From the IMG/VR virus record IMGVR_UViG_3300023179_000093, positions 1 through 64,000 of that record: a stretch of 64,000 nt of DNA. One strand, given 5' to 3'. The stretch is from a virus. The position numbers were made by a program, and so were the translations under genes. The stretch's first letter is position 1. The number at the start of each line of letters is the position of its first letter. Shown one piece after another: positions 1 through 10,748 of this stretch. Below the pieces are notes generated by a model. The model saw only the letters and a program-made list of their open reading frames with translations, was not told where the DNA came from and did not search any database.

Positions 1-2
1 TC

Positions 3-3000
3 TTCAACAAGAAGGGCGAGGCTCTCCCAGTCACGAGGGATAATGTTTCCAAGTGGATTGGGTTTGCCGCCGATTCAGCCGCTCTTGATGCGGCAAGGGA
101 GCGGGATGCTCGCCGTGAGTTGTCGGTTCCGTTTGACTCCGCACCTCCCGAGGGAGCCATCACCCAACCAGCCGCGGCTCAAGATGCGGCCAAACCCAAC
201 GAACAACAGATAGCTCAAACCAAGGACAATCAACCCAAGGAAGAGCCAAAAGCCACTCAAGCAATCCGCCAAGTTGCCTCGGAACTTCGCAAGCAGATGA
301 GCCCCGAGGCCAAGGTTGTGCTGGATTGGGTCGTCTCCCAGATCGTTGGGGACAAGAACGACATTGGAAAACTCACGACTTATAAGGAACTGGCCAAATA
401 TCTAAGTCAAGTCGCTGGTCGAACGGTAAGCGAAAAGAAGGTCGCCACCACGGTCAACGATGTCGTTCAAAAGCTTTCCGACTCTCTCAACGAGGACAAC
501 ATCAAGGTCAACCCTCAAGCCTTGGAGATGATTATCAGCCCAGAGGGCAAGGCCGCTCGTGAGCGTTTGGCTGGCGAGGAAGCTCAAGCCAAACAAGATC
601 GTGAAGTACGAAAGGCTCAAATGGATCTGGCCGATCGTGCCCGAAACCTTGACGCCGGGTACTCGGTTAAGGATCGGATCATCAATCTCGTCAGCAGCGC
701 CAACGCCGTAGTCCGTGGACGGATTAACGCAGAGGTTCTTAAACCAGCAGAAGAAGGATTGCTGGAGGACGAGCAAATCAACCAAAGGCTCGATAACATC
801 GAGAAAGGAAAACCCAATGAAAAGCCCGCAACTGGAGAAACTGTTTCCAGGAGTAACGCCCGAAGCACTGGACAGACTAAAGAAAGCAAGGTTCGTCAGC
901 GAACTGGAGAAAGCCGCGCAGAAGAACCAGGGACTGCAAACACTGAGCCATCTTCTGAAGGAAAACCCGCAAATGAGTCACGAGGAGATCAATCAGAACG
1001 TGCACGATCTGGCCGAGGTGGACGAAAAGTGGAGGGAAAACAGCAAGGAGCTACGGAGTCTGTTTCCGTTGACCCCAGACTAGCTGGTAAAAACACATCA
1101 CCAGCGGTTCGCAAGTTTGTCGATACGGTTACTTCTTCCGGAATTCCAGTCAGACTTGTTGCAAATACCGAGACGGGTAAGCCAGTTTCCGTGGTGGTAA
1201 GTTCCGCCGAAACGGAAGCCGACCCAGTCATTCAGGTAAACCCCAATCTTTTAAGCCGTGTGGCAAAGACCATTGGAGCCAAGGCCTATGCCACCTGGTC
1301 GTTCTTGGCTTTGACCGAAGAGGTCGTTCACTTCAAGTATCTCAAAATGCTTGCGGGAGAGGCGAAGGAACTTGGAATCTCCTTCCAGCAACACCTCAAA
1401 AACGAAACAAAACGGATTGCCGCTATCATCAAAAGACGGCGTGGACTTCGCCAAAAACTGGAAAAACTCTACAACAACGGAGAGAAGTTTAGTTCGGACT
1501 TTGAGATGGTCTTTGAGTTCATGCGGATGATCCCGCAGGAAAAACTGACTGGCACAATCACGGAAGCCTCTTATCTCGATGTCGAATCCATCATCCGTTC
1601 GATGGAACCCCAGGAGCGTAGGTTCATCTTTAGGTTTATGGACGCCATCCGGGATTTCCTTTACGGCATCACTGGACGGACGGCCGCCGAGACTAAGTTC
1701 TTGCGGGAAACCGCCGATGCCATTGTTCGTATGTCCAGCCGCATTTCAAGGAACCTTGCCTCTCCTACGGAGAAGTTGCCGGTTCAAATGAACTATTACA
1801 AGCCGACCGAAAAGACCATCAAAGAGACAGACGCCTCAAGGAAAGAAGCTGAAGAGGAAGCAAAAAGCCGAAGTGGTCTGGAGTCGGCTAACCTAGAATT
1901 TCTACAAAAGTATGCCAAAGACCTTGGGATCAAGGTGCCGATGGGCAAAAAAGAAATTGAGATTAAAAACGAGGTCACAGGAAAGATTGAGTTGAAGGTA
2001 TTCAAGTTCCCGGCTTGGAGCAAGGCTCAGTATGTCGAGGCAATTAAGGAAAAGCTAAAGGAAAAGGGCAAGGAATTAGGCGCGGCAATGCCTCAAATGA
2101 GGTTCAAGACCGAGTGGGCGTTCCAGCAGATTGACCGAGCTTTTGGTTCTAAAAGGGGAATCTTCAAGGGTTTAACGGTCGACAACAACAACACTGTTCC
2201 CTGGGAAAACCTAAAAGCAAGGATCATTAATAATAGGTTTAAAGGTAAAGGTGTAAGTAAGGCTGAGGCGGCATGGGTTCTTCCAACATTGGAAGCTCTT
2301 GTCCGAAATGGTCGAGTAGATGTCGATCAAGCGGTGAGTGCTATGAAGGCTTTGGCAAATAGCAAAGTTGAGGTTGAGTATCTTCAAAAACCAAAACTAT
2401 CACCACAAGAAGCAATCCAAAAGGCAATATCGGAAATGGGAACTCCATCCGAATTCTCAGTGAAAAGAGAGAATAAGGAAAGACGGCTAAGTGTGCGGTA
2501 CACTAAAATTAATCCGAAACCAATAAGGGAAATGCAGAATCTTAGGGAGGTTTTGGTACGTGCTCCTGGGGTAACAACTTTCAAGGGGCATTATTCAGAG
2601 AAAGATGTGATTGGATTTGGTAGAATGTACAGCACATCGCAGGACGGAAAAAAGGGAACCTTCCTCTTCGAAGTGCAATCAGACGCTAGAGATGAAAGGT
2701 TTCAAAGAGATGATTCTGATAATGACCCCGATCTTTTAGTGTGGAAAGTTAAAGCAACGGAAGGTAACCTACTTAAAGCGTTTGAACCAGAATTTGGAAC
2801 ACTGCAAGTAGCTTCTGCAAACTTTAATCCATATTCTCGGGAAGATATTGTCCCCGAAGGATATCGGGACGACATGGGGGAAAGCGACAGAATATTAAAA
2901 GGCGATATTCTGATTGGAGGTGAAGAAGAACCGCCCAAAGTTGTAGCCCGAAAAGTAGGTGAAGACACCTACCATGTATTCGGAATGTACACGCTCGACC

Positions 3001-6000
3001 TAGGTAGGCTACTTGATACTCATGGTCCTGGGTTAGTTGAAATTACGGCAGATATCACACCAATAAATCCTCCAAGTATCGAGCAAACCATAAAAAGAAA
3101 AGAGGAGTTAGAGAAAAACAAATCGCTCTTAGACGCCTACGAATCCTTAGTGCTTAAGGCCGTAATTGCAGATGCAATATCAAATGGGGAAGACTTTATC
3201 GCAATAACTGACCCAGAAACCGCCGCAATGACCGAAGGACATACGAAAGTTAAGGATGGGATGTATGTTCATTATGGGACGAGAAATGGATCGTTACACA
3301 ACATAGCTAAGAAACTTACTGGAGATACGGGAACTCCGTTTAACGATGGACCATCTTCCTACACATTCGATAACGAAGAGGCCGATCGGACAGAGACCCC
3401 TCCTGAAGTTCTTAGATACCCCAAGAAAGATGTCACAGGCGTTTCTTACAGCTTAGCTAAAATCAAAGAACTCGGCGAGGAAAGCGATGTCTACAATATT
3501 CTTGGAGCCGCCCTCCCAACGGATCGTCCTTACTGGCTGAAACCAGATGGGTCGGTTGTGGATGTCGAGGAAAACGCCCTCATCGACATGAACTCAATTG
3601 GTAGCCACTCCGAGGCCGCTTTGGATTACTTGCGGGAGAATAGCCCGAAAGATGAGTTTCTCACTACCTGGGGGCTTCTTGACCCACTTGAGAGGAAAGA
3701 ACGGCAAGGATCCGTTGTTGACGAGATGCTTAAAAGAGGGTGGCTCCGAGTAGTTGGGGATGCTTTCAATTTGTATTTTGAGGGGAACCCCAATCAAACC
3801 CAATTAAACAAACTCTTTGAGGCCGCGATTGAGGACGAAGTTAAACTGATTCAAGACCTCAGCGGAACTACCGGCAGAGCTAAATCAAAACTACTTTACG
3901 AACCGCCGATGCCCGACGAGTTGGGTGCGGCAATGCCTCGGCATGGATTTTCCACAACTCAGCCTAGATTCCTGCTCCATAGCACAAAGGTTCCTAGTTC
4001 CTTGGAAGGTCTTAAACAAGTATCGAAACTTGGAGGAACTCACGATGTCCGATTGTACATGGACAAAATGGGCAACAAGTTTGTCGTAAAATACGGACAG
4101 ACAGATGAGCAATTCGAGAATGAGGTGGCCGCCGACACCGTGTATCGAATCCTAAACTATCCTGTTCCGCCTTCTCGAATTATCGAGACTAGCGAAGGAA
4201 AAGCCAAGATATCGGCTTATGTCAATGGGGTTACCCTTGGGAAGTTTGAGGAGCAGATGGCAAAAAACCCAGAGGTCGTGGACGAGGTCTATAAACGTCT
4301 GGCGGACGGAGTACTTATTGACGCTTTCTTGTTTAACTACGATGTTCTTGGCCAGGATAAAGACAACATTGTGGTGTCTCACGAGGAGATCTTCCCAAGC
4401 GATGTAATTACCGATGGTTCAGAGCCAATCGTTCAGCATACCGCCTACAGAATTGACAATGGCGGATCTTTTGACACAAGAGCTACGGGCTTTAAGCGGA
4501 ACGAGCCTTTCTTCTACGACAGCTTTAAGAGGTTACAGGAAAAGTATCCCAAGCTCCAAATCAAGCCCACAGACATTGTGGCTCAGATTGGGGATCTTGT
4601 CCTCAATATGGACTCCATCCTTAACTCTATTCCAGAACGGCTTCGTCCAGTCATGGCTCAACGGCTTCAGTGGATGGCCGATCAGCTAAGTGCTTTAGAC
4701 ACTCTTCCGCCTGCCTCGGGGTATACCGAAGACGAGGTAAAGACGCATTTTGAAAGACTCTCCAAGGAAATGGCCGCCGTCAAAGTGGCCAGGAACGAGG
4801 CTGGAGACCTAATCAACGAGAAGACAAATAAGCCTTCAAGGATTGCCCTTTACCAAAACAACGGAAAACTTCTTGGCTACGAGCCTAAATCGGAATTTCG
4901 ATATAGGCTGGAACGAACTGCTACCTTCAAAATGTGGTTTGGGGATTGGGAAAATAACCCAAATGGGAAGGCAACCAGTAAGATCCTAGACGAAGCTGAA
5001 GAGCCAATGTTGATGTATCACGGAACCCGTGCCTCCAATCGACTTTTTGGGCAAGTCTTCAAACAAGACTCAGACTCTTACGACAATCGCCCCAAGTACC
5101 CAAGAGCCTTTGCCGGGAACATGTTCCGTGGTACCTGGATCTCAACTAGCCGCAAATGGGCTGAAGATTGGGCTGAGAACACAGGCCCAGACAAATATGA
5201 CGAGCAGGTAGTAATTCCCATGTATGTCAAAAGCACAAATCCTTTTGACCCAAACAATCCAGAGCATGTGGAGAAACTGATATCTTACCTCAAATCCAAA
5301 AACCACGATGTGGATCCAGTTTCTGAAATAGCCTTGCGGGAGGGGTACGACGATTGGACTATCTTTGAAAGTCGGTTCAATAAGGTTCGTAACAAAGAAG
5401 GTACCGACTATGTAATCTCACCTCAAAATACGGCTCCAAACCTTGATACTCTCTACAACACCGGGGACACCGAAGAAAAACGGAAACAAAGGTTCTTCTC
5501 AAAGATGCCTTACCCGACTCTTGAGGCGATTATCAACCTAGGGTTTGATGGGCTATGGACTCGTGAAAAGGGAATGGACGAATCGTCTTTATTCGAAAGA
5601 CAACCTTTAGTAGCTGCGGATCGTTTATTTGAGGCTATTCGGTCTGGTGACAAAGCGGAAGAATCAAAAGAACGGTCTGCACTATTGAGATCCATCAAAA
5701 GCTACAAGGAAAAGTCTGTTGCAAACCTCCTATCTTTTAGACCCGACGGCGTAAAGTCAGCGGCCAATGTTGGGATATTTAAATCTAAAGAAGACCAGAG
5801 CAAGCTGAAGGAAAGGGGAGACGCCCAAAACTACCTTGACCGAGTAGTCCGTAACCCGGCCACTTACTGGAACGAATTTAAAAAGAATGGGACTCGGTAT
5901 GTGAGTTACGAACCAGCCGAGAATTTAGTTACTTATGCTTTTGCAAGCCCAACCAGCTTGCGTGAAAACAATATTGCCAAGGTTAAACTCCAAGATGGGC

Positions 6001-9000
6001 TATATTATATCGGAGCAAGGACGGCTCCATCAGCTAGAAGTTACAAGCGTGAGCCTATGGATATTCTCGGGGCGGCGATGCCTCGGAAGTTTGGAGTAAG
6101 GCTTAAAGATAACCTCCATAAAGACGCTTACGATCGTCTCACTAACCTTACTTACGAGCCGATTCCCGATGCTATGGTTGAGGAGGAAGCGGTGGCTTAC
6201 CTAGAAAAGAATGGGATTCGCGGCTCGATTGACGCGGCTTTATCGAAGAGCAGTCCTCTTGAGTATGGTTCAAGGGAAGTTTTGGCGCAAATTGTAATAC
6301 AAAAGCTAAACGAAGAGTACGATAAGACCAAAGATCCTCGCATTCTTGAAGATCTAATCTCGTTCACTGACGCTTTCCTTTCCGCAACCTCAGAGGCTGG
6401 TCGAGCTCTCCGAGCCCTTAAACTTTGGACTTTGTTGTCCAAAGAAGGAATCTTGATGCTTTACCGCAAAAAATTGGACGAAACCAATCGAGAAAAGCGT
6501 GATCGGTTTAACGAATTCTTTGCAAAAGTTAAAAAGGAACTTTCGACTCTTCCAGAAGGGACTATCGACAAAGTTCTTAAAGACATGGAAGGAGTTATCG
6601 GAAAAGCCGATAAAGCTGGTCAAGAGGCCAGAACAAAGATTGCAGTAAACAACACAATGACTTTCTGGGAAAGTTTTGCCAATCAGATTGGTGAAAGCCT
6701 AGTCCGTAAAGCCAGCGAACAATTGGAAGAAGCCGAAGCCGCAAACGAAGAAGGCGCTCAAGAAGGTTCTGGTGAAGGTTCCGAGAAAACTACGGATGGT
6801 AAAACCAAGTCTTCTACGGAAAAAGCTAAGAATGCTAAGGTCATTAACCAAGCTGCACAGGAACTTAGCCAAAACATTAAGAAGATGTTTATGGCTTTGG
6901 CGGAAGAACAAGGGAGAAGGATTCGTGATCCACGCACAATTACTGACGAGGAGTTTGCCAATAAGACGGTAAAAGAACTTGATCAGATTCGCAAAACTGA
7001 AAAAGACTCCAAACAACTTAAGAAGCTAACCGACATGCTGGAAGCTTGGCCAAAAGCCAAACAAGCATGGCAGACTGCGGTCGACGCCATACGAGCCAAG
7101 ACAGCCACCAACCCAGACCTAGCTCAACTCTTTAACGAGTTTGTTGACCTTTCGTTGGACTCTCCTTTTACCATGCCACAGATCAAACGCCTTCTTTCGC
7201 TCAAAGGAATCAAGGTAGAGGATTTGATCCGTCAGCATTACCAAGAAGGCAAGCTGGCTAATAACGCCTATTCTCTAGCTAAAGAGCTTGTTGAACAAGC
7301 TGGGATTGGAGCCTGGGAAGAAGGGATTGGAGCAGACTACCAGGATCAAGAAGGATTTTATAAATACAAGAGAGAGAAAGACGCTCCCAAAGAAAGCCCT
7401 TCAAGTTTGGAAAAAATTCCCTCATTGTCGGAAAGACTGGCAAACGCCATTGCCCTTCAAATCCAAAAATATGTCACCGAAGAAACTTCCAAAAAACTTG
7501 ATCGAATCATCAAAAGGTTTTCTGACAAGCGTCTTCAACCTTCACTAAGGCGTTTTGCAAAAAGACTTGTTGAGTATCAAGCTCTTGGGCTTTTCCATAA
7601 TTCGTATGCCTGGACCGAGTTCCAAAGACAAGAAGGTCTTGACAAGGTAAAACCTGAAGTTGTCCAAAAACTTGTGGATCTTGTGGGGCAAGCCGAAAAG
7701 CTTGTAGGGTTTAAGAAAGAACAAAAATACGCTGACGCTATTTCTTTGATTGCGTACAAAACAGAAATCAATTTCTGGAACTTCTCTAGATCATGGTGGT
7801 ATTTCAGTATTTTGTCTGGGTTCATGACTCAAGCCGCAAATCTGTTGGGTAACTTTGCAAATAACTTTTTGATGGTCGGGCCTATCCTTGCAAAGCATCT
7901 GGCTCTATCCGTTACTAACCCGGCCAATGCTAAAGCAATTACCCAAAGGTTTATGCAGACTTTAAGTCTATCCCTAAAGGATATGGGGTATCTTCTTTAC
8001 ACAGGAGTCAGCGGAACGAGAAAGACCGAAGATCCTCATTACACCAAGCAGGCAAGAGAATTTTTTGAGATTGTGGCTAGGAACACTCCTTCCAAGCCAG
8101 TCAAAGTTATTACGACCAGTATCGCCACAATTGGTAGGGTTATGAGTGCGATTGATATGCTTTTTTACAACTTTGGAAAAGAAGCTTTTCTATACAATGC
8201 CGCTTATAATCAAGCTAAGGAAGACGGACTTTCTGGAAAAGAGGCGACTAAAAAAGCTTTAGAAATTACTTTTAGAAACTCTGAAGCTTTGGCTGGGTTC
8301 CAAGCCGTTGCCGAAACTGAGGGATACGCAATTGACAAAATGGCGTCTCTCCCAACTCAAATAAAACAAGGTATTGAACAAGCCATTCGTGTTCAGGAAC
8401 TTGCAAACACAAACCTTGAAGGAAGCGAGGAATCAAAATCTCTTGCCAAATACGGAGAGATTGCTGGTAACGAAGTAACTTTTAATGAAGATCCAAAAGG
8501 CTTTTTGGGCGCCGTTCATCGTCACCTTGCAGCGTTGACTAATCGATACAACCTTATCTCGCTTGTCATTCCCTTTACTAGAATTGTGGCTAATGTCTGG
8601 AACCAAGGAATTGACTTTACAGGTCTTGGATTGGTCAAAGCTAAAATGATGAAGGATTTGCCTGGAACAGCCGAAGAAGTAGAAGCTCAGAAAAAACTTA
8701 TGAAAGCCAGAGGGTTAGCTGGTTTGGCGGCTATTGCGGGTACTTGGTTGCTGGATTCGTTAACTTGCGGGAATTACGACACCTTTGGTTTTGAGCTTTG
8801 CGTTGGTGGTCCGGGGCCAAAAGAAGTATCCCAAAGAGAATTGTTAAAAAATAGGCTTAAATGGAAACCAAACGCTATTTTCTTAAGAAGCAAATTCTTA
8901 AATCCGGATGGGATTTATCTCAGCTATCTCCCAACGCCCTTAGCGTTTGGTCTTGGAACAATTGGTTTGTTTAAAGACAACCAAACCTATCGATATTTCA

Positions 9001-9683
9001 CTTCTAAAGCAGGGGGAGACCAGGCTATGGCGGCTATTTTAAGAACAATAAGCATTCCATTTGAAATGAATTTCCTTTCTGGTTTAGGCGATGTGTTTGA
9101 CATTCTTTCCCCATCTAACCCAGAGTCAGCCTTAGCCAAAGCTAAATCCTTTGTCTCAAGGCTTGGCTCTTCTTTAATTGCTCCAAACATTCTTAGGGAT
9201 CTTGACCAACTTACTGGCCTTGGTGGCCCAAGAACAGCTAGAGAAGGGTTATTGCAAGGAGCCTTTATTGCAAACACGCTTTTTGCAAGGCAACTCTTTG
9301 GGGAAACAGAAACAGATTTATTGGGCAAACCAGTTTACATGACCTCTCGAATAATGAGCGGGGCAACTAAAGACCCTCTTGTTCAAGCATTGATCGAGAA
9401 AAATGCACTTCCGTCATCCGCTCAAAAAGACAAGCTTTTTGGGGTGGTTCCTTTGGACGACGAGCAATACGCCGCCTATAGGAGCGAAAGAAACAAGATT
9501 CTTGGGAAACTTTTAGATAACCAAAGCACCATTCAGGCCATCAAGAACATGGATCCTTACACCGCCCAGGTGTTTGTCTCGAAGATGACAAGTGCGGCAA
9601 GCCAGCAAGCCAAGGCTAACCTCATCAACAAGGATCCCTCAATTGTCGAAGGTGTTGGTGAGCTTAAAACACGAGCGAAATAA
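3..9683 (+). CDS. Giant polyvalent virion/ejection protein, 5'-truncated (>3200 aa)
   Basis: Frame is open from position 3 (FNKKGEALP...), so the true start is upstream of the window. Contains a degenerate zincin-like EEVVH motif, an EVQSD domain, a kinase-like domain (VVKY...NEVAA...NYDV...DNI...IDNG), an ART-PolyVal-like domain (FKMWFGDW...YHGT...NPFD...GFDG) and a helical C-terminus typical of ejected proteins. Confidence 0.8.
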   Translation, partial: FNKKGEALPVTRDNVSKWIGFAADSAALDAARERDARRELSVPFDSAPPEGAITQPAAAQDAAKPNEQQIAQTKDNQPKEEPKATQAIRQVASELRKQMSPEAKVVLDWVVSQIVGDKNDIGKLTTYKELAKYLSQVAGRTVSEKKVATTVNDVVQKLSDSLNEDNIKVNPQALEMIISPEGKAARERLAGEEAQAKQDREVRKAQMDLADRARNLDAGYSVKDRIINLVSSANAVVRGRINAEVLKPAEEGLLEDEQINQRLDNIEKGKPNEKPATGETVSRSNARSTGQTKESKVRQRTGESRAEEPGTANTEPSSEGKPANESRGDQSERARSGRGGRKVEGKQQGATESVSVDPRLAGKNTSPAVRKFVDTVTSSGIPVRLVANTETGKPVSVVVSSAETEADPVIQVNPNLLSRVAKTIGAKAYATWSFLALTEEVVHFKYLKMLAGEAKELGISFQQHLKNETKRIAAIIKRRRGLRQKLEKLYNNGEKFSSDFEMVFEFMRMIPQEKLTGTITEASYLDVESIIRSMEPQERRFIFRFMDAIRDFLYGITGRTAAETKFLRETADAIVRMSSRISRNLASPTEKLPVQMNYYKPTEKTIKETDASRKEAEEEAKSRSGLESANLEFLQKYAKDLGIKVPMGKKEIEIKNEVTGKIELKVFKFPAWSKAQYVEAIKEKLKEKGKELGAAMPQMRFKTEWAFQQIDRAFGSKRGIFKGLTVDNNNTVPWENLKARIINNRFKGKGVSKAEAAWVLPTLEALVRNGRVDVDQAVSAMKALANSKVEVEYLQKPKLSPQEAIQKAISEMGTPSEFSVKRENKERRLSVRYTKINPKPIREMQNLREVLVRAPGVTTFKGHYSEKDVIGFGRMYSTSQDGKKGTFLFEVQSDARDERFQRDDSDNDPDLLVWKVKATEGNLLKAFEPEFGTLQVASANFNPYSREDIVPEGYRDDMGESDRILKGDILIGGEEEPPKVVARKVGEDTYHVFGMYTLDLGRLLDTHGPGLVEITADITPINPPSIEQTIKRKEELEKNKSLLDAYESLVLKAVIADAISNGEDFIAITDPETAAMTEGHTKVKDGMYVHYGTRNGSLHNIAKKLTGDTGTPFNDGPSSYTFDNEEADRTETPPEVLRYPKKDVTGVSYSLAKIKELGEESDVYNILGAALPTDRPYWLKPDGSVVDVEENALIDMNSIGSHSEAALDYLRENSPKDEFLTTWGLLDPLERKERQGSVVDEMLKRGWLRVVGDAFNLYFEGNPNQTQLNKLFEAAIEDEVKLIQDLSGTTGRAKSKLLYEPPMPDELGAAMPRHGFSTTQPRFLLHSTKVPSSLEGLKQVSKLGGTHDVRLYMDKMGNKFVVKYGQTDEQFENEVAADTVYRILNYPVPPSRIIETSEGKAKISAYVNGVTLGKFEEQMAKNPEVVDEVYKRLADGVLIDAFLFNYDVLGQDKDNIVVSHEEIFPSDVITDGSEPIVQHTAYRIDNGGSFDTRATGFKRNEPFFYDSFKRLQEKYPKLQIKPTDIVAQIGDLVLNMDSILNSIPERLRPVMAQRLQWMADQLSALDTLPPASGYTEDEVKTHFERLSKEMAAVKVARNEAGDLINEKTNKPSRIALYQNNGKLLGYEPKSEFRYRLERTATFKMWFGDWENNPNGKATSKILDEAEEPMLMYHGTRASNRLFGQVFKQDSDSYDNRPKYPRAFAGNMFRGTWISTSRKWAEDWAENTGPDKYDEQVVIPMYVKSTNPFDPNNPEHVEKLISYLKSKNHDVDPVSEIALREGYDDWTIFESRFNKVRNKEGTDYVISPQNTAPNLDTLYNTGDTEEKRKQRFFSKMPYPTLEAIINLGFDGLWTREKGMDESSLFERQPLVAADRLFEAIRSGDKAEESKERSALLRSIKSYKEKSVANLLSFRPDGVKSAANVGIFKSKEDQSKLKERGDAQNYLDRVVRNPATYWNEFKKNGTRYVSYEPAENLVTYAFASPTSLRENNIAKVKLQDGLYYIGARTAPSARSYKREPMDILGAAMPRKFGVRLKDNLHKDAYDRLTNLTYEPIPDAMVEEEAVAYLEKNGIRGSIDAALSKSSPLEYGSREVLAQIVIQKLNEEYDKTKDPRILEDLISFTDAFLSATSEAGRALRALKLWTLLSKEGILMLYRKKLDETNREKRDRFNEFFAKVKKELSTLPEGTIDKVLKDMEGVIGKADKAGQEARTKIAVNNTMTFWESFANQIGESLVRKASEQLEEAEAANEEGAQEGSGEGSEKTTDGKTKSSTEKAKNAKVINQAAQELSQNIKKMFMALAEEQGRRIRDPRTITDEEFANKTVKELDQIRKTEKDSKQLKKLTDMLEAWPKAKQAWQTAVDAIRAKTATNPDLAQLFNEFVDLSLDSPFTMPQIKRLLSLKGIKVEDLIRQHYQEGKLANNAYSLAKELVEQAGIGAWEEGIGADYQDQEGFYKYKREKDAPKESPSSLEKIPSLSERLANAIALQIQKYVTEETSKKLDRIIKRFSDKRLQPSLRRFAKRLVEYQALGLFHNSYAWTEFQRQEGLDKVKPEVVQKLVDLVGQAEKLVGFKKEQKYADAISLIAYKTEINFWNFSRSWWYFSILSGFMTQAANLLGNFANNFLMVGPILAKHLALSVTNPANAKAITQRFMQTLSLSLKDMGYLLYTGVSGTRKTEDPHYTKQAREFFEIVARNTPSKPVKVITTSIATIGRVMSAIDMLFYNFGKEAFLYNAAYNQAKEDGLSGKEATKKALEITFRNSEALAGFQAVAETEGYAIDKMASLPTQIKQGIEQAIRVQELANTNLEGSEESKSLAKYGEIAGNEVTFNEDPKGFLGAVHRHLAALTNRYNLISLVIPFTRIVANVWNQGIDFTGLGLVKAKMMKDLPGTAEEVEAQKKLMKARGLAGLAAIAGTWLLDSLTCGNYDTFGFELCVGGPGPKEVSQRELLKNRLKWKPNAIFLRSKFLNPDGIYLSYLPTPLAFGLGTIGLFKDNQTYRYFTSKAGGDQAMAAILRTISIPFEMNFLSGLGDVFDILSPSNPESALAKAKSFVSRLGSSLIAPNILRDLDQLTGLGGPRTAREGLLQGAFIANTLFARQLFGETETDLLGKPVYMTSRIMSGATKDPLVQALIEKNALPSSAQKDKLFGVVPLDDEQYAAYRSERNKILGKLLDNQSTIQAIKNMDPYTAQVFVSKMTSAASQQAKANLINKDPSIVEGVGELKTRAK

Positions 9684-9858
9684 GTTTGGCAAGGCCTAAG
9701 GACAGAAGGCTCCAGACCCAGACCGCAAAACAATAAAGGTAAGCCACAAAAAAGAAGGTGGCAGGAACTGCCACAATCCCAATCAAGACCTGCCATATCC
9801 AATCCAGTTTTGGGTAAACGATAGGCTTACCCCAGTTATCTTGACTTTTATTAGTCAT
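9664..9858 (-). CDS. Small membrane protein
   Basis: Hydrophobic 64 aa ORF with AGGAGG RBS; TTGCTT-17-TATAAG upstream on the minus strand. Confidence 0.55.
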   Translation of the reverse strand: MTNKSQDNWGKPIVYPKLDWIWQVLIGIVAVPATFFFVAYLYCFAVWVWSLLSLGLAKLISLVF

Positions 9859-9904
9859 AAATTAACCTCCTTATAATAAGGTTGACGAAAGAAAGCAAAT
9901 CAAA

Positions 9905-10273
9905 ATGAAAGGCGAAATCATCCTTACTCTGTTGGTTCAGTTTCAGAATCAACTTAAAATCTTCCATTGGCAAACCAAGAGCTTTAGCCAGCACGAGGCT
10001 TTTGGGGAAACCTACGAAAAACTGGATGGTCTTATCGACACCTTTCTTGAAACCTACTTTGGTAAGTATGGGAGAATCGTTTCAGAAAATGGGTTTAGCT
10101 TTGAACTGGATAACCTAGATCAAAAACCCGAAGAGTATGTCAACGACTTCATTGACTTTCTTTTTGAGCAACTCCCCAAGTATCTTGATGCCTCCGACAC
10201 CGATCTCATCAACATCCGTGACGAAATTCTTGGAGTCGCAAACAAACTTAAATACCTCCTTACCTTAAGTTAA
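9905..10273 (+). CDS. Ferritin/Dps-like protein (DUF5856-like)
   Basis: HWQT...HEAFGETYEKLDGLID.F.E...G metal-ligand pattern and C-terminal RDEI...KYLL. Confidence 0.8.
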   Translation: MKGEIILTLLVQFQNQLKIFHWQTKSFSQHEAFGETYEKLDGLIDTFLETYFGKYGRIVSENGFSFELDNLDQKPEEYVNDFIDFLFEQLPKYLDASDTDLINIRDEILGVANKLKYLLTLS

Positions 10274-10277
10274 AGTT

Positions 10278-10748
10278 ATGGGATTGGGTTCTGAAAATCC
10301 TGGGTTTCTCAAGCTGGAAAACTTATTTGCAAAGGGAGCCCTAAAAGGAAAGGCTGGTAGGGTTGTCGAGGCGGCAGTCAGCAATGGGCTAGACCCCAAC
10401 CTATTTGCGGCTGTCATTGCCCATGAAACTGGGAATGGAACATCAAACGCTATCATCAATTACAATAACCCAGCTGGGATTATGGATCCCAAGACTAACT
10501 GGAACTCCCTTAAAAAGTTTAAATCAATTGATGAAGGCCTAGAATATTCGGCTAAAAACCTACGCCGACGGATTGACCAAGTAGGTGGAGACATTTCAAA
10601 GCTAGCAAGTATTTATGCCCCAATTGGGGCTGGTAATGACCCAAAAAACCTAAACGCCAACTGGGCTGGGAATGTCAGCAAAATTTACAATTCACTTGCA
10701 GCCACCGAAACGCCCGAGGCGACACTTTCCCAAGATAGTACGCGCTAA
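10278..10748 (+). CDS. Lysozyme-fold glucosaminidase/muramidase-like protein
   Basis: AVIAHETG, NNPAGI, F.SIDEG and YAP...W motifs. Confidence 0.75.
   Translation: MGLGSENPGFLKLENLFAKGALKGKAGRVVEAAVSNGLDPNLFAAVIAHETGNGTSNAIINYNNPAGIMDPKTNWNSLKKFKSIDEGLEYSAKNLRRRIDQVGGDISKLASIYAPIGAGNDPKNLNANWAGNVSKIYNSLAATETPEATLSQDSTR

Noticed and set aside
120-122. TTG start of the giant ORF
   Set aside because: The frame is open to the window edge, so the gene starts upstream.
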